Shown here: piece after piece, positions 63,711 through 64,000 of the stretch
Position numbering within the stretch: the first letter of the stretch is position 1
Layout: the number at the start of each line of letters is the position of its first letter
Origin: Thermodesulfobacteriota bacterium
GTDB lineage: Bacteria; Desulfobacterota_D; UBA1144; Nemesobacterales; JAJCZQ01
NCBI GenBank assembly: GCA_965203965.1
Contig: CBDBDR010000017.1
Location: 736,001 to 800,000, forward strand
Direction: 5' to 3'
Length of the DNA stretch: 64,000 bases
Program-made: the position numbers and the translations under genes
The notes under the pieces: model-generated
Told to the model about the DNA's origin: nothing
Seen by the model: the letters and a program-made list of their open reading frames with translations, nothing else
Database searches by the model: none

Positions 63711-64000
63711 ATGTCCAAGTTGAACAAATTTGATAACATAGACAAGCCAGACCAAAATATTATTGATGACTGTGTGCATTGTGGTTTTTGCTTGAGCGCC
63801 TGCCCAACCTATCTTGAGACCGGTAATGAACTTGACTCTCCAAGAGGAAGGATCTACCTGATCAAGTCTGTTATGGAGGAAAAAATACCCCTGGGAAGCA
63901 ATGTGGTGAAGCACCTTGATAAATGCCTTGGATGTTTAGCCTGTGAGACTGCCTGTCCGTCCGGGGTCAAATACAGACATTTAATAGAATCGTCAAGATC
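63711..64000 (+). CDS. glcF: Glycolate oxidase iron-sulfur subunit, partial
   Basis: Not in the ORF track. From ATG 63711: [40 protein letters not shown]; open to the window end. Confidence 0.92.
   Translation, partial: MSKLNKFDNIDKPDQNIIDDCVHCGFCLSACPTYLETGNELDSPRGRIYLIKSVMEEKIPLGSNVVKHLDKCLGCLACETACPSGVKYRHLIESSR

Overview
AT-rich bacterial chromosome segment. Gene content (long S41 protease, pilB-pilT-pilC, glyQS, tRNA-Val-thrS-infC-rpmI-rplT) suggests a diderm, deltaproteobacteria-like lineage; this is inference, no search was run. Most of the window is housekeeping: tyrS, gltBD, nadE, truA, leuB, mfd, a SurA-like PPIase, gcvTHP, thrS/infC/rpmI/rplT, pilBTC, glyQS, gyrB, dcd, fabH, tsaC and glcDEF. 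The less ordinary parts are: (1) an ABC-type ATPase plus TOPRIM-motif gene pair at the left edge, a candidate anti-phage or toxin-antitoxin module whose second gene the ORF track misses; (2) a lipoprotein inserted between thrS and infC that looks like a tandem Cache-domain protein with one domain circularly permuted, followed by a decayed paralogous fragment; (3) a metal (probably zinc) locus with a perfect sigma70 promoter and Fur-type operator, a Fur/Zur regulator, ZIP transporter, His/Asp-repeat outer-membrane channel and ZnuACB-like ABC system, then a deletion scar of a second ABC system and zinc-ribbon-free L33/L28; (4) about 560 bp holding three relics (RAYT/Y1 transposase, IS91-type transposase, restriction specificity subunit); (5) a DUF3891-like gene inside glcDEF. 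All family calls come from recognised motifs, not database hits. No CRISPR array or rRNA was seen.
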